Source: Euglena gracilis (lineage: Eukaryota). From it: DNA of 64,000 nt. Position 1 is the first letter of the stretch, and every line of letters begins with the position of its first letter. Location of the stretch: contig CP154954.1 of NCBI GenBank assembly GCA_039621445.1, forward strand, positions 27,454,123-27,518,122, in the 5' to 3' direction. This document shows positions 57,951 through 64,000 of this stretch, one piece after another. The translations under genes were made by a program, and so were the position numbers. The notes under the pieces are model-generated. The model worked only from the letters and a program-made list of their open reading frames with translations. It did not search any database and was not told the DNA's origin.

Positions 57951-60090
57951 TTGTTTTGTCAGTTGTGAGTTGCTCAAAATGACATTTGACGACACCTTTG
58001 CCAAAACCAAAGCACCGAGAAATTGTTTGAATGCACAGCACGTTTGAAATTAAAGGCATGTAAAAAATGCAATAATATAATACAATAATCACATAAAAAA
58101 TAGATAAAGAGTAAATGAGAAAATAAAAATAAAAAAATGAAAGAGGGGAATACAACATCCTCAAGAGAATGCAAAAGTTGCATTCACTTGAAAATGTGGA
58201 ATATTCAGACGATATTTTATTCCCCTCTTTCATTTTTCCTTTTTCCATTTTCCCACCTTTTCCATTTCTTTTATTTCCCCTTCCTTTTTTTGTGAACAAT
58301 GAAAATTGTGAACAATAGATTTCATCAAAAAAGTCACAAATTTCAAATGCAGTTATCATGTTCTCCATATTCTAGTTAAACCCAAGGTATGGCCAATTTA
58401 CACCCCAAAACAGCGTCTTTTTTGCAGGTTTCCGACTTTGCCAACTATTTTTGGGCCAAAAAAATGATTGATCCACATCTTTAAGAAATGATGGGGAATC
58501 AAAAGAACCCATCACACGCCTGTACATTGCTGTTCTTGCCTCCCCGCCTGCCCCAAGAAATAGCGTTTTTCGAACATTTTGGGCCGCTTTTGGTCCCAAA
58601 ATATTGCGAGATGGCATTTCTCAAAAATGAAGCAAATCAAAAAAAAATTGAAACATCAAAAGAAAAACTTAAAAACCTCATCAAATTGTATTTTGGTTTT
58701 CTTATAACTCTCCGCCTAGCCCGAGACATGGCCATTTTTAAGCCAATTTTGGGCCCTTTTTGAGCCCCAAAAAATTGTGAAATGCCAAATATCCCGGTGG
58801 GCCATTTGGGGCCCTCTTCCACCCCTCCAAAACTGTCGATACCTGGATAGTTTTCTGACAACCGCATGTTTTTCTGACCCATAGGCACTAATCCGACCGG
58901 CACATCAAAATAGCTTTCCCGGGGAACACCATGGGAACCCCCGATCGGTTTCCAGTTTTGGGGCCAAATCATGGTTTCCCATGTGGCCATGTAAGGGGAA
59001 CAGGTTGTACTGCCATTTGGGGCCAGATAGTGCTGCACCCCCCGCCGGATGAAGCGAGCGTCCAATAGTGCACCCCCCAATCCGACAGGCTGGGGGCACC
59101 CGAGTGCACCTTGCTAGCCTCAGAGTCGGACATTGAGTGGGCAAAAAGAGGGTGCCTGTAGTGTTTAGCCGGGACTAAGAGGCATCTAGTCCAATAGTAC
59201 GGAAGGGTCCAAATGGTGCTGCACCCCCTGCCGCCGGAGGCAGCCGTCCAATAGTGCTGCAGTGCCATATTATTTGGGGGAGGGCGTTTAGGGCTAAAAG
59301 AATTCCCGACCCAATTGGTGACAGGGGTGACAGGGGTGTCCGACCCACAACCCTCCATGGTCTTTTTCGAATTGAATGGCAGGGAAAAAGTGGTTGTTTG
59401 AAGTGGTGACCTCGGGGCCATTGCAAGTTCAAGCGAACAAGGCCAAAAATAGCAAACATTTTGTTTCCAAAATTTTTGAAAAAATGATGCATTTTTCAAA
59501 AAGACAAAAAATTGACCTTTTTGCCGACCCAGGGCGTTGGGGTTGCGAGTGGGATTATTTTGTGTCCAACCTTGAAATGCCCCAAACATAATGCACATCT
59601 TTTTTCTTTGCAAAATTCCTCTTTCTGTTCAACAAGGGGAACAACACAAAAATGAAATTCATGAAACCTGCAGTCAACGACCAGGGGTGGCGGTCTGACA
59701 AAGGAGGGGGCAGTTGATCCTCTTTCCTCTAACACACCAGGGGGTTCCATTTTTGTATTCTGGTATAAATTTCTTAATATTCTCAGATTTAATCCCAAAA
59801 ATGGGACCAAAATCTCAAAAAATGTCAGTTTCAACGTCACTGAGGCTCCACAGCCTACCGCCCATGACTCGCCTTATTGGAACAGCCACTGCCTCCCCAG
59901 TGCCTGAATTGTTCAAAAGCACCAACCCAGCTTCTGGCTCAGCATCACTCAAACTCCCCTTCGTCATTCTCCATTATAATGCACGCATTCAAACACATGT
60001 GCTATTTGAGCACCCCAAAAAGATGAAACTGAGAATTCACTTACTTTGGGATATGTACATATATATATGTATGCGTATATATACATACAT

Positions 60091-60092
<2 letters not shown>

Positions 60093-60184
<92 letters not shown>

Positions 60185-60217
60185 CACACACACACACACA
60201 CACACACGCACGCACCT

Positions 60218-60297
<80 letters not shown>

Positions 60298-60307
60298 CAC
60301 ACACACA

Positions 60308-60384
<77 letters not shown>
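60093..60384. repeat. ~290-bp (CA)n microsatellite
   Basis: Directly visible. Confidence 0.97.
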
Positions 60385-60387
<3 letters not shown>

Positions 60388-60503
60388 TTTTAAGTGTGCC
60401 CCCCGGGGGACCAGAAATCGAAGGCTACCAAATGTGTTTATATATAATAAACACATTTGGTAGCCTTCGATTTCTGGTCCCCTGGGGGGCACACGTAAAA
60501 CCG
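60385..60503. repeat. Near-perfect 119-bp palindrome
   Basis: 57-bp arms with 2 mismatches and an ATATA loop. Confidence 0.92.
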
Positions 60504-63058
60504 GGGGGGACGGAGGTCAGGGATCCCATTCAATGACCCTGGAACGTGCCGAGTTTCTCCATTTTCACCTCCACAGTATGTGCGGATTTGGGTTTTTATT
60601 AGGATGGATGGGGATGATAATGCGTGAAAAAAAAAGTTAACCACAATTTGAGAGCCCACAATTTCAAAGCTGCCATTTATAAATCAGAATTTTAAGGGGG
60701 TTCACATCACTGTGGTTGAAAACCGGAAAATCGTTTTTTTTTTCTATGAGCGAACACCTTTGACAGTTTTTGTCAGCCACGCAGTTACCCTCAGCGAGCA
60801 AGCAACCCACCTGTGCACAGCCTGGATTTAAATTCCACCATTTGCAGTTTGTGGTGCCACATGCGATCGTTCATTTTTTTGGCAATTGACGCAAAGGACG
60901 CCAGACAAAGCAAGAAAAATATGTAAATAAACAAAAAAAATTTCGAAAGGGAGTTAGTCTTTTTTTCTAGTTTCTTGGATAATGGCATCCTCCTGAATTT
61001 TTCATTCTCAAAGTTCAACATTTCATGGGATTCCCTCCCTTGCGCTTCTTTTGTCACAATCCACCGTCGATGGTGCAGGTCGCTTTGCCTCCAGGAACGA
61101 TCGCAGCCTCGGCAGGACCTGCCGAGCTGTGGAATTCTGCCATCTCATATGACCCGTCCGCCTCGGCGTGGCTGCTGTTCGACGAAAGTGTAGTGTTTCC
61201 TCCAGGTGCTCCGACCTACTGCATGCTGAGTTACCAGCGGACCCTTTTTTTTCATCGTGCCCCAGTTCGACCAATGAACACTGTACAACACGAATATTTT
61301 GCCCTCGTGTCTTTGGTGTTCTTGGCCTCATTCTGACAAGCATTTGGAAGATAAAATTTGGTTGACAGGTGTTGATCGGGAACACAGTTGCTGTTTGCTT
61401 CTTCTGTCAGATGACCTTTCTTGTGTCCCTGTTTCCCCCAGATAGAACTGAAAGTTTTTTTTAAAAAAAATGGTTTGCGAAAAAAGAACTAATTACCATT
61501 TTTTTGTTTTTTCTATTATTTTATTATTTGGCTATCAAATTGCATTTTTTTTGTATTTTTCTCAAAATTTTCAAAAATCTTTGGTTGGTTTAAAGAATTT
61601 GTGGCTTTAACACAGCCAGAATGCACAAAATCGGGGTATGCTTTTATTTGTGCTTTTGCGTCTTCTTTTTTGACGGTCCGTAACTGTATCTTTCTCAAGG
61701 TTTTAGTGACTGGGTTCTTGCTTCAAAAGCAAAAACGTTTGTAAATTGTTGGAACAGCCGGGCTGCATGGGACTACCCGAAACCCTGGGGTGCTGGGTGT
61801 GGAGGGGATGTGGGGGTGTGATGGGCCATCCTGGCGGGGGAGGTCCAACCCCCCCCCCCCACTCCCATCCCTTCCCGTACTCCCATGGCGCCAATTTTTA
61901 GATCAAATTTTTCCTTGTTGCGAACTGCCATGGGGGGGATCGACCCCCCCCTTTAAATGAGGCCTTCCCATACAACCTGGACCCCCCCCAAAACGAGAAA
62001 CGTCATCTGTTTGACAACCGGATTGTATGGCCCCACAACGACGCCAACCCCAGGGCGTCGTTGTGGGGCCATACAATGGGGAAGAGGGGTCCACTCAGCC
62101 AGCAGCTTTTTCCCAGCCCCGGACCCCTCTCCCCAACGTCCACGAGTTTCAATTGTTGTCCAGCTGCAGGAAGGGCGGCCGGACCGTAACAGATTTTTGG
62201 TTTTCTGGGGGTGCAAAGATGGGCCAAAGATGGGCGAAATTGGGTCGGATTTTGGGCTGCCCAGGGCAAATTTCAAAAAACTGAGTTTTTTTTGCATAAC
62301 TGGCAGATTTTTTTGAAGTTTTTGAAGTTTCGCTTTTTTTTTGCCACCCGGTTCGACCCTAACTGTGACTCAGTTCCAGCTGGGGGGCCCCTGTGGGGGG
62401 GGGGGGTCAGCCAGCAGCCTTTTTCCAGCCAGCCCAAATTGTCCAGCCTTTGAGCTGGACCCCCGCGTTGCCAAGCGACGCCCTGTCCAACGATGCCTCG
62501 CCACAGGGGGGTTCGCCCAGTTCCTCGCCGCGGTGTGGGAGCAACAGCAGCTGGTGGCCCAGGGCCGCAGCCCGGCAGTCCTCCTGGCCCCCGGCCACGC
62601 CATTGCCTGGTCGGCGGGCCAAAGTGGCAGCACACCGGGAGAACGCACCAAATTCTGGCCGACACACCTTCAGGCCGCCCACGCATTGGGCTCCATTTGT
62701 GTGTGGCAGTTGGTTGGTGGAATGCATTCAAACAAAAACGACAGGTGTCTCCCAGCATGCCCTCCCCAACGTCACATCCACCCGAAGCAGGCTGAATGAA
62801 TTCACGCTTTCTCCTCGCCACAGTAATTGGCTTTCCCCCTGACGCACGGGTGCCATCGGAAAACCGCTTTGACATTTTGGTTCATGCAGCAGTTGCCTGT
62901 GGTCTGAACTCAATCAGGAATTCTGTCAGGCAATTGTATGTCTGCGGAACGCTGCACACAATCGGGTTATGGACCGAGCAGTCTTTTCCCCATTCCTCTT
63001 CATTTCAACACATTTCTTCTTTTCAATTTTTGTGCAGTTGGTGTAATCCACCTACACA

Positions 63059-63484
63059 CAGGGTTCGATATAAGGAGGGCGTACATGGTTTAGGTGGGGG
63101 GTGTCCCCCCCCACCCCCCCCTCCTGGCCTGGAGGGGGGGGCCTGGATCCCCGCCCCCCCCCCACTTGCCAGGGGGGTCCGGACCGGCCCCGGGGGGGGG
63201 GGGGGGTACCCGGGACCCCCCCAAAAAGGGTCAATTTTTTCCTCCGGCGCTTCGCGCCGGAGTTTTTGGTACTTTCTGCCATTGACCTGCTGAAAAACAT
63301 ATGTGCTGCTTGCGCTTTGATTTCGCTGGATGTCAAATTTTTGGCCCGGCGCTTTGCGCCGGGCCGAAAATCGGTCACCCGGACCGCGCCACTGTTTAGG
63401 TGGGGGGGGGGTGTCCCCCCCCTCCTGGCCCGCAGGGGGGGGGGGGTGTCCGGACCCCCCCACCTGTCCTTATATCGAACCCTG
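63059..63484 (-). mobile_element. hAT-like MITE (CAGGGTTCGAT family)
   Basis: Perfect 18-bp TIR CAGGGTTCGATATAAGGA; 8-bp TSD CCTACACA/CCTCCACA. Confidence 0.92.
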
Positions 63485-64000
63485 CCTCCACATCATTTGG
63501 TCCTCCGGGGCTAACTTACAGCAAGCCTCCACGCCCAGATTTTTTCCACAAGGGAAATTTTTTGGGGGGTGCATTTTTTCCTTTCCTCCAAAGTGAATGA
63601 GCGAATTCTGGGATGAGCACCCGCCATTGCCGTTAGTCGAAATTTGCGAGTGGAAATTAGTGGTCCAAGTTTGCCAGGGGAGGGGGCTGCTAGTTGGGCA
63701 AGATAATGGAGTTTTTTCCCCAGTTGGGGGGACCCCGAGACCCCGCAGGGAGGAGGGGGGGGGTCTAGCTAGCGGCTTTTTTCTTGTGGCCGGTGAAATG
63801 GCTACGTAGTGGACCCCCTGGGGTCTTTGAGCAAAGCCTGATGAGCACAAAAGCTGCCTGCACGGCCAGGTTCGCCCCCCAAATGCGTTACAGTGCAGTC
63901 TTTGTTGCTTTTTTGTTTGTCTTTGTGCCCTCCGACTCTTTGTTCCCTGACACGCACGCCTCGGCCCAGTGAGACACGGGAACGCCGCCCGTTCCCAAAG

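Noticed and set aside
59714-60492. Long His-Thr / Cys-Val ORFs (also 4024-4650, 25274-26017)
   Set aside because: They are translations of (CA)n/(TG)n microsatellites.
62341-62875. GC-rich coding-looking ORFs
   Set aside because: No recognisable motif or supportable splice structure; left uncalled.

Overview
Eukaryotic nuclear DNA, most likely from a euglenid (Euglena-like); this is inferred from intron type, donor motif and gene content. Positions 1.9-26.2 kb (minus strand) carry an alpha-aminoadipate reductase (LYS2-like) gene. I reconstructed it by hand as 23 exons (905 codons, frame continuous) covering the N-terminal, adenylation and carrier domains; the reductase domain lies beyond the window start. 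Of 22 complete introns, 9 are GT-AG and 13 are euglenid-type nonconventional introns closed by a terminal base-paired stem. The rest of the window is a dense, nested field of non-autonomous DNA transposons/MITEs, decayed Tc1, Mutator and CRE-like LINE fragments, a PHD-finger relic, a tRNA-like gene and microsatellites. Key result: one nonconventional intron (3444-3565) is a recognisable copy of a MITE family with three free members in the window, and it keeps its TIRs and a 7/8 intact 8-bp TSD. The intron geometry (3 nt + CAG...CTG + 5 nt) equals one element plus one 8-bp TSD, which suggests TIR transposons act as introners for nonconventional introns. All splice junctions are manual predictions without transcript data.
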